A DNA stretch of 64,000 nt, from contig OZ218963.1 of assembly GCA_965112735.1 (NCBI GenBank), forward strand, positions 1,302,001 to 1,366,000. Direction: 5' to 3'. Below the pieces are notes generated by a model, which did not search any database, was not told the origin of the DNA, and saw only the letters and a program-made list of their open reading frames with translations. The translations under genes and the position numbers were made by a program. This DNA is from Phaeosaccion multiseriatum. Its lineage: Eukaryota; Protista; Ochrophyta, other classes. Below, piece by piece: positions 10,693 through 24,690 of the stretch (positions within the stretch are counted from its first letter, which is position 1; each line of letters starts with the position of its first letter).

Positions 10693-13064
10693 TTAGAAAA
10701 TGAGATTCATCTGCGGGGCCTCGCTCTGAAAGTGCTTCGCTTTCCACTCGAGGAGAGCGTGGTAGTTGCGAGTCACGCCGCTTAGCAGATCCAGCCCTCC
10801 GCGATTGCTCACTCCGCTCGATCCAGCAGAAGCAGTGGTGGCGGTGGTGGGCTTTGCGCCCCCCCCATCTCCTCCTTGCTCCTCCTCCGTTGCGCGCTTC
10901 GCGGCGCCGCTCCACACCAATGGCGCCACCACTAGAGCCGCTTCAAAGTACCGTTCCGCGATCTCTATGGCCTCTGCCTGACCGTCCAACACGAAGCAAA
11001 CAGCAACATTGTTGAGTAGCGACGGACTGCGTGGCCATTGCTCCAGCCCCTGTTGATAGAGAGAGCACGCCACTTGCAGCTGCCCAAGGATGGCAGGGTA
11101 CTGCGAGGGGAGGGTTAATGAGGGGTGACAGCAGTACAACGGGGGGCACGTTAGGGGTCGTATGTGTCCCCACAGCAGCCAACGGAGGGCGGGGGTTAAC
11201 ATTAACGTGGTGGGGCAGGACGCGCTGTCCGTTTTTCGACCTGCAGCATCAACCAACAAGCTCAACTGCTCTGTTCTTCCAACATGGGAAAGGAAACACT
11301 GATGATGAGAGAGAGAGGACATTCGCACCCCTGGCCCAAACAAGGCAGTGCAGTCCTTCCGCCGCTCCACCATCCACGCACGCTGGTACACACCCGCTGT
11401 TGTGTTCCAGTCCTTGTTCATTCGCCACCCCACAACGACAACTCAAGTAGTACACCCGTCCTTACTTACTTTCGCTTGCGCCGCCACCGCTTTAGGAGAA
11501 GGCTCTAGCTCTGCGGACAGGCGCTGGGCCACGCTCAACGCCTCTCTTATGTCCTCCTGCGTGCTCGCACTCGTACCGTCCGGTCCCCCCCAGCGCATTC
11601 TCCTCTCCAAGAGGATGTCAGATGCTCGCCAGTCCTCCGGGTCCACTTGCAGGCAGCGCTGCAGCCAAGCCTCGTCGCTCTTCCAATGTCCCACTTGATG
11701 AAAAGTGTGACGAGCCAAGAGTGCCAACGCAGCGACGTAGGCACTGGCCGCTACCCAGCCAAAGGCGTAGCAGACTAGAGTACCGCTTTCCCTCCTCCTC
11801 CTCCTCCTCCCCCTCCCCCTCATATGCTCTTTGCCCTCCGCCGGCGGCTGCTGCTGACTGCTGCGCTGTCTCTGTGAGTTTTCTCTGTTTGTTGCACATC
11901 GGGCGAAACTAGTGGCCGCCACGCTGTCTCTGCTTTTCCGCTCTCGTTCCCTCCCGCCCAACCTGTCACCTCCCGTACTCCCTGCTGTTGATGTCGTATT
12001 TGGCGTGTCAGACGCACTCACGCGAGACGCAAAGAGGCACCGAAAAGCCCCTGCCAGCAGAGGCACGAAGGAAACAGAGGCAAGGTAGGTGTAGCGATCG
12101 CCTCCCAGTTGGACCCACCCGTGCTGCAGCAGCCCGCTTACGGGCAAGAAGAGCACGACGTAATGCAACCACGCCGCGCTCACGAGCATCAGAGCGGCCC
12201 GCCCCCCCAACTCCTCGCAACCCTCCCTGTCATCGTCGCCATTGTTGCCAACACTGTCGCTTTGCCGCAGGAGTACGGCTCTCTTGTTCTCGCTGCTGCC
12301 CTCTCCCCCGTCAGAGGTGCTCCTTTTACCCCCCCCCCCACGGCAAGTCTCCAAAGACCTTTGGCCGTACCAGTCCTGCTGCTGCATCACGAACCGCTGC
12401 TGCTGCCGCTGCCGCTGTCGCTCCACCGCACAGCCAACGAGCTCCCTCCCCACGACCACCACACTCACACCTGTCAAGAGCAGCACCAGTCCCACCCCTC
12501 CCATTCTGCCGTATGCCCCGTGCTGTAAGGCCGCCGCTATACAAGTGTCCGTGGTCTGCAGAGCGTAGTGGGCACGGAGACCGACGGGCCACGGCATGAG
12601 CGTGACGTACAGCCACACCGTCCGACACGCTTTAATGGCACGCTGCGGGCCCTCGAAGGGAGGCCAGGGGGGGAGGGAGGAGGGGGGAGACAGGGTGGGA
12701 GTCGGGGGTGCAAGTAATGCTCAATAGCGTCAGAGACCATTCTTTCTCGTCTCCTCCCTTTGGCCTGCGCGGGCAAGAGACTTGTTACTCGTGGAAGGAC
12801 ATACCTACCTGCGGCCATTGCAGCCGAATAATGTCCGTTTCAGCGTCGCTGGCGCCCAAATTAGCAGACACTGCCATGTACCCCATACCACACGTGACGA
12901 GCAGCGCCGGCAGCTTGCCGTTGAGGTAACGAAGGCACGCTTGCAGTGCCTCCCTGTGCCCTGGAGACGGCGATGGACAGGGAGGGGCGGAGGAGGGAGT
13001 AGTGCAGCCGCCTCTCGCCTTGGGCGCGTGAGACTTCGCTGTAGACTCGGCCAACCGCCGCCGC

Positions 13065-13103
<39 letters not shown>

Positions 13104-14660
13104 GGGAGTCGTGACCCCAGCCCTGTCTCTCCTGGGCCTCCTCGTAATATGTCAACGAGGGCAAAGGTAACCGGCCACGTCACTGCCGCGGTCTTGCTGG
13201 CGATGGCTGCCACCAGCAGCAAAAGAGAGCCAAGGGAGAGCATCAGTGGGATCATCGTTGATGCCCAACGCCTCCTCCACTTGTTCCCTCCATGCATGCG
13301 AGGCGTAACCACGACGGGTGCGTGCAAGTACATCCACAGGCTGGACAGGCTGAGCAAGAGGCTGAGCGTGTAGGGGAAGCAGGATGGCCAGGCCACCACC
13401 TCCACGTGTAGTGGATGTACGGCCCAGATCGTCGTGGCGAGAAGGCTCGGGAGCCACACGCTCCACAGGCCGTCGAAGGTGTCTCTCTCCTTCAGCGGCA
13501 GCGGCGTGGCGGCTGCTCGGCTCTCCTCCAGTACGGACCCCTCCTCTGACCCCTCCTCGCTACCCCTCGGTGCTCTCCTATCCCTCTCTTGGTCGAGACA
13601 CACGCCTACCTCTCCCTGCTGCTGCTGATCGCTCGCTTGAGATGTTCTGCGTCGACGAGCAAGCCCGTCAGTCCCGCCGTGTGTATAGAGCGTTGCCAGA
13701 GGGGCCATCTCCGCGTGGTTACTTCCTCCTCGTACGCCGCCGCTGACTCCACCACCCCCATCCCCGTCCACCTCCGTCTTCCTCTCCGAGCCAGGTCCCT
13801 GGACATATGTGTATGCCTGTCTGTTCCTGTCCCGGGAAGCTCTGCTCTCCCTCCCACCGTACAGTGACAGGATTGCACAACAAATCCCGAAGAGCAACAT
13901 GCTATTGAAAGAGTGCAGGACCAAGGAAGCCAATCGAAAAGTGACCGAGTGTCGATCTTGCAACAGCCTCTGCTGGTGGTGCTGCTCCTTCGCTGCTTCT
14001 GGGGTATAACAGCCTTGCTGCTGCTCGCCCCCCTCCCCGCTCCACAAAGCCTGCAGTGGAAAGTCTCCCCATTTCACAACAAGAGCTTTGGCGGCCCACG
14101 CGACCGGCTCGTACACGTACACCAGGGCATACGATGGATACATCGCCAGCCAAGGATCCCTTCCAGAAAAGGATAAAAGGGGAAGGGAGGGGAGGGCAGG
14201 TAAGAGAGGTAAGGGAGAGGAATAGAAGAGGGCAAGATGGCATTTTGAAAGACAGAGAAGAAGCCCAAAAAGAAGAAGACAGGACGTCCCCTCATGTTTG
14301 TTGTTTTACCGAAGAAGCTCCTCTGCGGCATCTGAGAAGAAGTTCATTTCATCGTCTAGAAGAGGGAGAAACTGCCAGTCCGAACAACCCTCGCTGTGGG
14401 AATTAATGGCACAAGAAAGAGGGAGAAGACGGGTTGAGAGAGGAAGGATGGAAGGAATGATGCTCAGAGGATGCAGTTAGAGAGAGACGGGTGGTGGGGA
14501 GAGAGGGTTTGTTCACAGGCGCCGTTAAGTCAACCAACCTGAAGAGCAGCAGATGCCGAGACAGAGGCCAATACGCACATATTACGCAGCCTACGATTAC
14601 AGTGGCCGCTACGACTCCACGCAGAAGGAGAGGCACTCGGAGGCGAGGCCAGGTGTTCAT
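10693..14660 (-). CDS. TMTC-like GT-C fold protein O-mannosyltransferase with C-terminal TPRs, multi-exon
   Basis: N-terminal TM, LLDDEMNF acidic motif (~14350), YVYEPV, LVLHSFNSMLL, WAVHPLHVEVVAW, ASKTAAV, WPVGLRAHY, LPVSGLLQHG..DRYTYL, WKSDEAW and TPR-like LYQQGLEQWPRSPSLLNN. 3' exon boundaries are approximate. Confidence 0.85.
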
Positions 14661-15759
14661 CTAAGGCCTTTTAAGTCAGAAAGGTGCGGTGGGGCGGATT
14701 CTTATTTTATTGACTTATGGAGCATTCTTCCTGACATATGAAATAATGATATGAAATAAATTACAATTATATTATATTATATTATATTATATATACAAGA
14801 CAACAAAATTCAACTGTTCACTAGCGTATGATACGCGGCGTCAAAGTTGGTCGCCTCGTTTCTGACGCCACAGCGGCAGCCAAGGCCGAGGCTTACAGTG
14901 AGAAATAGAGGAGTCCCAGCTAGACAGGAAATGCTATGCTCATACAGCCGCCGGCAAAAAATATAATACCATTTATTGATTAGTATTTTTAGTGACTAGG
15001 GAAGAAAGAAGAAAAGAGAATGTCCTTGGTCCTTCCTACTTTATTTTTAGTGATTTTAGAACGTCGCCTTTCCTTGGGGGGGAAATGCTTACTAAGGTAA
15101 GATACAGATGGTGGGCGGAAGGCACGCAGCGATGTCAAACAGCATAGCCCAACCTTGCGAGTGTTAAGCACGCCATCACGCTTTCTATCTCCTCCTGCTG
15201 CTGGTGATGCTGGGAGGGATCCTGCTACACCCCGCGGCTCCATCTCCTGCGCTGAAGCCTCGTTCAGGCCGTCCTGAGGCAGTCCCAAAGACCCTCACCA
15301 TATATTATCACCACACCATATCAGCGAAGGTCCTGAGCAAACCACATCAACACACTGCTGCAGCTCTGCAGCTCCGTCTCCGGCACAAGGGTCATCCCGT
15401 GCGGCGAGTCGCGCGTGTGGTGCCATCGGCTGTCCCCCTTTGAAGGCGAGGGCACAAAGGTTGCACGGAGAGAGGACTACGGGTAGCAACCGGCCCATAG
15501 GACAATACCTGCAAGGTACCTACCGGCAAAAGGTAAGCATGCACAGGGGCATCCGACATCTCTGACGGATGACGACGCGGAGCCTTTGCTTCCCTTGCCT
15601 CTGTTCTGATGACTGCCGAGGGAGGGGCCCAGCATGGTGTGGTAACACGAGACGTGTGAGGCGCGCAACCGTAATAAAACGGCATAGCATAGCAGAGCCC
15701 CTTCTCATGCTCACATCCTCGCCCGCTTGCCCGCTTGCCCTTGTTTCCCCTCCTCATGC

Positions 15760-16335
15760 TCACTTCCTCGCCCGCTTGCCCTTGTTTCCCCCGCCCGATC
15801 CGCCCGCCGCCTTGCGCTTCCCCTTGCCTTTGTTGCTGCCTCCAACCCCGTCCCCCCCCCTCCGATCGCCCTTCCCTCTGTCACCCTTGCTGCCGTGCCT
15901 CCCGCTCCCCCCCAAGTGGTCTCCCGCTCCCATCCCCGCCATCATCGCGCCACCTCCCATCCCGTCCCCGAGGCCGTGTTGGCTCCCCATCAGCCCGGTG
16001 GCACCACCCCCGCCTAGCAGAGATGATCCAGCAGCACCTGACAGAATCTGGTCTCGCTTCTGCTGGAGCATGGCCTGCTCACGTGGGGTAGGGTAAGACA
16101 AGAGAAGAGAAATGAGTGGCATTGAAGGGGGGGTGCGGTAGGACGGGAAGTGAGGAGCGAACGAGTTTGGGGTCATGAAGGCAAGGGAGGAGAAGGAGAA
16201 AGAAGGGGGAAGGGAAAGGGGGACGGACGGACGGACGGACGGACGGAAGGCAAGGAGGATTCCTTCTCCCGTGCAACTTGTTCTTGAGAGAGGGGCGCCC
16301 CGACGAATAATAAAGCAAACAGGAAGAAAGGAGCG

Positions 16336-16383
<48 letters not shown>

Positions 16384-19294
16384 ACACACACGCACGCACG
16401 CACGCACAAACACTCCACCGCACCACTCTTGCACTCGCCAACGGCCAAGGGCCTGTCTGTGTGTGCCTCACATGGCGACATTGCTCAACTCACACACCCA
16501 CGCACGCCCTCACCCACCCCCTCCTCCACCTTGTCCAAATATTCGCCTTTGCCTGGTCTCTTGCTCACCCTCCCACCAAAGTCCACGTCCCCTCAATCCT
16601 ACCAGTAGACATCTGACATGTATCTCTATGCCGTGCAGGCTCTCTCTCTTGCCTACGATGAACCGCCCCTCAACTCACTCACTCACTCACTCACTCACCA
16701 GATCATTCTCCTTCTTCTGCGCAATCTTCTGCAGGCTGAAGAGGGTGAGCGTGTCTCTCCGGAGCTCATCGGACATGTCCATAACGGCTTTGCTGCCCAC
16801 CATGCGCTCGGGGACACCCAGCTCCGCCATCATGAGATTCGCCTAGTGCAGGGTAGTTTGGTGATAGAGCAGCAGCAGCACAGCAGCAGCAGGAGGAGGA
16901 GGAGGAAAAGAGTTGGTTGATGCAGCCCCCGCGGTAAGGGGGAGTTCGAAACCAGCGCACAAGAAGAGGGCATGAGAGAGAGACACACAGAGGCAGAGAC
17001 AAGGGAACATGAGAGAGAGGCGAAGGTGTGAAGCAGCAGGGGGGAATTCGTCCGGAAGAAGGACAGTAGGGTGAACATACAGAAATGCTTCGAGTGTGAC
17101 AGGAAGAACAGCAGGGTGAACACACAGAAAAGCTTTGCGTGTGAAAGGACGAACAGCGGCTTCTTCTTCTTCGGACAGAGGCTGAGGACTGCCCACCCCT
17201 GAGCCCCAAACTCTCCTCAATGAAACCCTGGGGGACCTTCGAGGGCTCCGTGCATAGCCCCCGACTCCAACTCTGCCCTCGAGTTCAGCCAGACCTGAAC
17301 CAAAAACTCGACTCGATTCGCAATATGTCGACCCTGTATATCGTGTACATATATATACATATAATTTGTCGTCCATCCGTACCTTCTTCAGCAGGTTCTT
17401 GCCCAGCTGCTCCTTGGGCGTCTGCGAGGCCTTCGTAAGACGGTTGCTCTGTAGGTACGGCTGGCCTGGACGTGGGGTGCGATTCTCACTACCACCCCCT
17501 CCTCCGCCAGACCCATCCCCTCCAGGGGCCACAGCTCCTGTCCCGCCTGCCTCCACTCCCCCTGCTCCTACCCCTGCCCCCCCTCCTCGCCGTGCGTCCT
17601 GCAACGCAGTGACTTCATCCCCGATCTTCGTGACGTCCTTTCGTTGCCTCAGCTTCTTGATTTGGGCCTCTACCTGCTTCAGCTCCGCTCTGCCCTCGCC
17701 ATCGTTGTTGTTACAGCAGCCGGGGAGAAATCAAGTCAAGACGGATCGTCAGGTTGTATACACACATACACACACACATACACACACACACACACACCAC
17801 CACCACTTGGGGGCGAGGGGGGGTGGGCACCCAAGCACGGCCGGGCACAGCACGCACCTAAGATTCGTCTCCTCTTGCTGATTGGCAGAGGACTTGCGGA
17901 AAAGTAGCTCCAGTTGCTGTCTGCGCTGCTGCTCGTACTCCACATCGAACACGTCCAGCCCTGCGAGAGAGACAGGATCAGTTTCAGTTTGCCCACGCAT
18001 CATAAGAGGTAACGAGAAAGAAGCAGCGGCAGCGGCAGCAGCCAGGGAGGGCGACAGTATTAAAAAGCGTGTGCACTACTGCACTACTTGTAGGCCAAAC
18101 CGAACCATAGAGGTCGATATAGAGGTCGATATAGAGTGCTTACCTGCGGTTCCCCTGTAGGTGTTGTATCCCTCCGCTGCGGCTCTCCCCTTCATGAGCC
18201 TGCTCGCCACGGAATAAAAGCGATGCTGGAGCTGCTCCACAGAGCGAGAGCCAGGCGTCCAGCTGTAACGATCGAACACCACCGGCCAGCGGAGGTCGTA
18301 ACGGTGACACAAGTCGACGAGGTGGTCGGTCTCTAGTTTCGACCACAGCGGGTCCTGACACCGGAGAGGAATGGATGAGCAAGCCAAGAGAAGGGGGGGG
18401 GGGCTATTGGGTTGGTGTGGAAGGTTGTGAAGGCGGCGGGGGGGGGAGGGGGGCATGTTTGGAGCGATGTTTGGAGCGATGTTTGAAGGTGGGGGAAGGA
18501 GCCCAACGCCTGCCTGGGCTCTTTCTTACCTGCAGGAATCTGTCGTACTCCTCTTGCGTATACTTGACGGGATCAACGGCAATATTGTACCGTGCGTAGG
18601 GATAGTCAGGATACTCCATGCTGCTCTTGACCCAGTGATACAGCTTGACGCCGTCCTTACGAGCCGAGTTACTGAAGGGTGCCCACTCCCTGTTTCAAAA
18701 GCAAAGAGGTACGACGTTGAGAGGGCTGGACATGCAAGATCGACAAAATTGTGTGAGGGGAGCGCATGTCACTTACCATTTGGTCGATCCGTTCAAGGAT
18801 CGCTTGTCCTTGAACACAGAGGGTTTCTTGGAAGGAACCTGTGTGTGTCCCAAGGGAGAGGGGAGGTCACGTGACGAACGAGGGATGGGGACAGGCTCGA
18901 AATAGCACTTACACAACCCCTAAATTGATTTAGCCCCCGGCAGCGGCGAGCCAGCTCTCAACCGTTCTTTCCTCTTGCGTTGGGACACACAACCGGTCCA
19001 ATTCTCAAAACATCACCCCCCTCCTCCCTCTCTCCCTCTGGTGCTACTTACAATGGGCGGCATGCCTTCCGTTCCGAGCAATGCAAAGACCTCCCTACTC
19101 ATGCCTGCGGGCGGCTTCGTTTTGGAGCCGACACTGCCCTTCGTAGCGACGCCGGCACCCTCCCCAGCAGCAGCACCGCCGCCATTGCCGCTGCCCCCTG
19201 CGGTCAGCCCAAGACCCAGCGCCTTGACGGCCGCAGCCTCCTCGTTACTGCCCGCGGGCTTCCCCAGCCCGAGGATGTCTGCGACATCGCCCAT
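15760..19294 (-). CDS. DMAP1: DNA methyltransferase 1-associated protein 1 / SWC4 / EAF2, multi-exon
   Basis: MGDVADILG, KPPAGMSREVFALLG, WAPFSNSARKDGVKLYHWVK, YPYARYN, SANT-like WSKLETDHLVDLCHRYDLRWPVVFDRY..RSVEQLQHRFY and FDVEYEQQRRQQLE. The basic terminus KGKRARK* at 15760 is a tentative end. Confidence 0.9.
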
Positions 19295-19705
19295 CACGTG
19301 ATAGGTGGCCCTCCAAAAAAAAAAATTAGATCAGAGTGGGGATTTCCCCATCTGGTGCCATCCTTCCAGGCGTTCCTTCGCCCTTCTCTCCCTTCTCCAC
19401 TCCAGTAACCTGCGCGTCCTGCAGAAACGTGTCTCTCCTCCTGAGACAGACTACTTGTTGTGCTGCGGCTCTTCCCGTCCGTGCGGTTACCGTATGTGTC
19501 AAAGGTGGCTCAGAGAGCAGCGACGAGAGTGAACAGTGAGGAGGAGGAGGCCGACCAGGACGTTCCCACTCAACACACGGCCTCATCAAGCTCAGTCTTC
19601 GCGGTCAAACTCGCCCCTCTTCGTCATACTCCCGCTAGAACCCAGCAGCCACGAGTGCACCCCGCTATTGAAGACGAGCAGCCGCAACAACCCCCCCCGG
19701 CCAGT

Positions 19706-22053
19706 ATGGGACAGGCAGGCTCAGCACCAGCAGCAGCAGAAGGCAATGCAGCTGCCAACGAGCTTGATGAGTCTGACGAAGTCGAGGTGCTTATTCAGGA
19801 GGGACCCATGAATAGGCCGGATGCCGGCCCTGTACATCAGCAGGTGTGTGTATGTCGACCCTTCTTCGGGCTTTGTGAGAGGGAGGGCTGTTGGATAGTA
19901 GGTAAAATGACGGGGCCGGTGTTGACTTCAACAAACGGGCCCATTTCGCTGGCAGCGGCATTGACACTGTGCGTTAAGCAATGGTATTTCAGCAAGCCTT
20001 GTCTAACGGGCTTCGCCTTCCTCTCTTTTATTGAAGTTTCCATTCTCACATCGGAAATCGCAAAGTCAAGTCTTTAATTGAGTTTGTGGTGTCTTCTTCC
20101 TCCCGCTCTCTTCTCCGTCCATCCATCCCGCATTCTCTCTCCTCCATACTTGCATTGCCTCGTTCCCCTCTCACGATTCTCCCCTCCAATTTGCGCTTCT
20201 CCTTGTCCCCGGATCTGCTCCCTCTCTCGTGCTGCTGCTCTCCCACCCACACCACACCGACGACAGAAACTGAAAAGCTGGGACCCGCTTCTGACGGGCA
20301 AGAAGCTGGTGGTCATCTACTCGTTAATAACGTGCTTCTTCATCCCGTTCGGAGCAGTGCTTCTCCGGGACGATGACACCACGTACGACCACTCGTTCCA
20401 GTACGACGGAGATGGAGCTGAGTCTGACGACTGCAAAATCACGACTTACAACGAGGGAAGGACGTGCACCATCGACTTTGTGATGGATAAGGACGTGGAC
20501 GGGCCCGTGTACGTGTACTATGAAATAGACGACTTCTACCAAAATCACGAACGGTGAGCGCCAGCCGTGGGAGCCACCTTCCGACTCTCCTAAGAGTGAC
20601 TGGCTAGCCTTGGCCGCACTGGCAACAGTACTCTGACAGTACCTTATGTGCTCGAGACGTGGCGGGGCGGCCCTGATTATCGATTGAAACTCGAATTGAT
20701 TGGGGGGGGGGCACGGTACTGCAGACCAACAAGCTCCAAAGGCGTACGATGGCTTCCATGGTTTGACATGTTTCTTGCGCTGCATTTTGTGCACCCCTCT
20801 CCTCTGTCGTGTCAGAACTTCCGAGCTGGGTGAGCGCACCCACTCCTGCAGGCCTCGCCCCTCACCCCCCACCCCCCCCCCCTGTCCACCCTCCTCGCGT
20901 CACCCCTCGCTCCCCGCCCCTCTGGCCAGATACGTGAGCTGCTACAGCCAAGACCAACTGCAGGGCGAAACAGACGGAGACACGAGCGACTGCGCACCAC
21001 TCACCTACAATGGCAGTCTGTTGCTCAATCCCTGCGGTCTGACGGCCAACACATACTTCAACGACGTCATCGGCTTACTGGACACCACCACGTCCGGTGG
21101 AGAGACCCTGACCATGGAGGAGACAGGCATCACATGGGAAGAGGATCTCGATCGCTTCAGCCAACCGGACGGCTTCACCTATGCCGAGTGCGAGCTACCA
21201 GGTTGGTGATGCCCCTTGATGCTCTTCTTCGCCTCCCTCTCTTTTGGAAGGGCACAACAAAAGAAAGAGATGAGGGGCTTTTTGTTTTGTTTGTTTGGGT
21301 TTTGTCAACCGTCCTGGCAGCAGCAGCAGTGTCCAAAGCTGAAGATTCCCCCCCCCCTCCCCTCCGTCCCCATTCTGTCCTGTTGTGTTACCACCCGACT
21401 TGCATGCAATTGCAATGAATTTTCGCGGTAATTAACTACAGGGGACTGTGCCGCTTGCCTGGGCAGCTCGTATGCCGACGCCTGTTCCTTCGTGACGGAG
21501 GGAGGTGTACGATATGCCTACTTTTACCCCGACGAAGACACTACTCAGTACCTGTACGAGACTTTTCCCCAGATCAGTCCGCTCAAGGGAGTCACCGACG
21601 AGCACTTCATTGTGTGGATGAGAGCCGCGGGGCTGCCGAGGTTCAGAAAGCTTTACGGCATGTGAGTGAGTGAGGAGTGGGTGAGGACACAGCGGGAGGG
21701 AAGTCGCCGAATGCCGCTCCCTGGCCGCCAGTCCCTCCCCCCGACCTTCACTCTTCATCTGACCCCTCCCCTCCCCTCCCCTCCTCTCCTCTCCTATTCG
21801 TAGCATCAAGGATGATATCCCGGAAGGCACGACGGTGAGCTTTGAAGTAACGGCCAACTTCCTTGTGGCGGACTTTGAAGGCAAGAAGAAGATCGCGCTG
21901 TCCAACACATACCTGCACGGACCCAAAAACCCGTACCTTGGGCGCTCGTTCCTCGCCACGGGCTCTCTCTCTCTCCTGCTCGCCGCCATTGTGCTCGTCA
22001 AGACGGCGGCATTCAAGAGGGAGGAGGGAAATATCGCCTACCTCATTGGATAA
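19706..22053 (+). CDS. CDC50: CDC50/LEM3/ALIS family P4-ATPase beta subunit, 5 exons
   Basis: NRPDAGPVHQQ|KLKSWDPLL, TM1, PVYVYYEIDDFYQNHER|YV, NPCGLTANTYFND, EHFIVWMRAAGLPRFRKLYG, FEGKKKIALS..GPKNPYLG and a C-terminal TM. Confidence 0.93.
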
Positions 22054-22444
22054 TAACGTACCCCCTCCCTTTTTTATATACATCCCTCTATATTATATTT
22101 CCGAGCATCGCTCGTATTAATATTTACTGACTGACTGTTAGGGAAAGGAGGGGAGGAGGCCGCCTCTCCGGCCTTCCCGTAGAGAGCGAGTGGTGGCTCT
22201 TAGCAGCTCCACGCAAACGCCTCTGCCTCCTTACCACCGCTCTTGCTTCCAGCGACACTACACAGCCCAGCCCTCCCCCTTGCTACAGCTTCGAGCACCA
22301 CACGACACCGCACAAGTGGTGGTCGCTGCCACTTGTTGAAAGGTGCGTCAAGGCGAACCTAAAAGGGTGCTGTTGCTCCTGCTGCCCACAAGAAGGGGAC
22401 TAAGAAGAAGCGTGAGCGACAGCGCTGTTGTTGGTGCTTTCGCT

Positions 22445-23832
22445 TCACTCGACCCCCGCCTGGCCGTCCCCGGTGGGAGCGGGGGGCACGCTGTCTGAGT
22501 CCACGCTCCACTTCAGGAAAACGGTGTTGTCCTCGGTGGTGCGGACCATGAGGTAGACAGGCTGCGTGGGGAGCTCCACGCCCATGGCGCGGAGGCTGAG
22601 CGTCGCGGCTTGCACTACGCAGGTGGTGAAGAAGGAGGTGTCGTAGTAGCCTTTGGGCGACAAGAACACGAAGGACTGGACCTGCGGGGTGAGAGGGGGG
22701 GGGGTGACAGCGATGTCGAGTTCGGACCGACGGGAAGAGATGTGTGTGAGGAGCCCTGAGAGAAGCCCTGACTGCAGCGAGTTTTGCCTCCCCAGACAGT
22801 ATCAGCCACAGGCCCCCCTTTCCCGCTTTGCAGGACAGCGCCCATTGCAGGACGAGAGATGGAAACGAGAGCTCTGGGTGCGTACCGAGACAAAGTCGCC
22901 AGGGTCTTGCCCCGTCGTTGCGGGCCCGATCAAGCACACAATCTTGACATGTGGCCCATTGAATGCCATCCTCGCCATGTCCGTTGGAATGGCATCGCGC
23001 AAGGCGGGCTCCTCCGTCACGGCGGGAACTATCGCAGCGGCTGCGAGCAACAGAGAACCTGGCGCCGCCACCGAAGCTTCTCCGAGGGACGCGGCCGAAG
23101 CGTCTTCCGCATTGGCCGGGGGAAGGCCACTTGCCGCTGCGCCTTCGGCCTCTTCTGCTGCCGGAACCTTTAGCATGAGGTTGGCTCTCTCGCTGCTAAG
23201 GACCAGTCGCGCTGTTGGGGGAAGGGGCGGGTGACGGCAGCGGATCGGGGCTCTCGTGTGAGGCACAGAGCGGTGCCAGTGGCGCTGCGAATGAAGGAGT
23301 TTATCGGGGACCGTTGCTCGGCTCACCATTTTCACTGTAGTACTCGCTCAGCGTGCCAGCGGGGACTCCACAGCGAGACCTTATGAACAGCTCAGTCCTC
23401 CACGAGCTTCTCCAAGTCAAAGGCTCTGCCTCGGGAAGTTCTCCGAAACTGTTCACCCACAAGTGTTTCCAGAGCAGGTGGTTGGGGTCGCTCAACCACG
23501 CCTGCACGATCAACGGGGGCGGAGGCAGGCAAACACCGAAGAGCGGTGAGATGTAGCGAAGGCACCAGCAAGGAGTGGGAGGAAGGCAGAGAAGAGAGAG
23601 AGGGAAAAGGAGAAGAGGGGAGGTGGGGAAGAGGATAGCTCTTTCTTTATTTCACCCTTCCCTCACCTTGCACGTCTGGTTCACTGCCCAGAGGCTGTCC
23701 ATGTCCAAGAAGGATACGACTTGTCCCCACAATTCCCCGGGCACATCGCCCCAGCAGGGTTTCGCGTCCGAAGAGGGCTGCTTTTGGTTGCTGCGGCAGC
23801 TCGTCCGCTGTTTTCTGCGGCTGGGGTCTCTC

Positions 23833-23885
<53 letters not shown>

Positions 23886-23939
23886 ACTGCTCCTCCTCTT
23901 GCTGCTCCTCCTCTTGCTGCTGCTCCTGGTGGCGGCCAT
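22445..23939 (-). CDS. F-box-like protein B, 4 exons
   Basis: Exons 23939-23667, 23501-23327, 23211-22886 and 22681-22445 are in frame. WGDVPGELWGQVVSFLD...QTCK|AW. Intron positions match F-box A. Confidence 0.8.
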
Positions 23940-24274
23940 GGTGAATATGGCTTGCTGTTGATCGTCTGATTACCAGTTGTTGTGTATAAAAGAGAGAGAG
24001 AGAGAAGTTGAAGATACAGCTATGGCGGCCGTTATTACCGTGCGCATCACGGACCACCCAATTCTGAAGGTGGGAAGGAAGGGGCCATCGCCATCGAGCA
24101 CCACCCCTAAATAATAATAATAAATTAACCCCTTAACTGTGTCAAGCGAGCACCACCCCTAATTATGTCTTTTGTGTCAAGGGGTACTCGCGGTTGAGTA
24201 TGTTGAGTGCACTTTTGACGCCCCCCTGATTTTTTTTGGACGCCAAATGACGATTACTTTGTCACTGCCGAGAG

Positions 24275-24441
24275 TGCCTAGAGGCGGGCTAGAGGCTGCC
24301 TAGAGGCGGGCTATCGGCCGCCTAGGGCTGAAAAGTGAGCGGCCTAGAGCGGCCGGAGGCCGCCGGCCTAGGCCTATTTCGGCCGAAGGCCGAGCGGCCT
24401 AGCGGCCTAGAGCCTAGGCCGCTAGGCGTGCACGGGGCCGA
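24275..24441. mobile_element. Family-B MITE, right part
   Basis: 24321-24415 aligns closely with 28383-28473. The terminal 20 bp are identical to 5005-5024. Confidence 0.75.
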
Positions 24442-24690
24442 TTAGTGCTTGGCTTGCTTCACTGACTTCCGGCTGAGCCAGTTGTGCCTTCGGCTCCAGG
24501 CTTGCTTCAGGCTTCTTCATCCTTCGCAGCTCCTGCTCTCTTGCCTCCCTCGCCAGCACCACTGTGGTACCTCTTGAAGTCCACTTCCCTCACACGTCGC
24601 CCGCTGCTGGTCGTGCCGGTCTTCGTTTCCTGCGCTTGCTTTGCTCATAGGTAGTGGTGTTCCTCTTCGTCCTCCTCTTCACTACTGCTG

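Noticed and set aside
14836-14870. GGCGTCA...TGACGCC inverted motif, also TTTGACGCC near 24213, as a promoter element
   Set aside because: The motif is too short and has too few occurrences to support.
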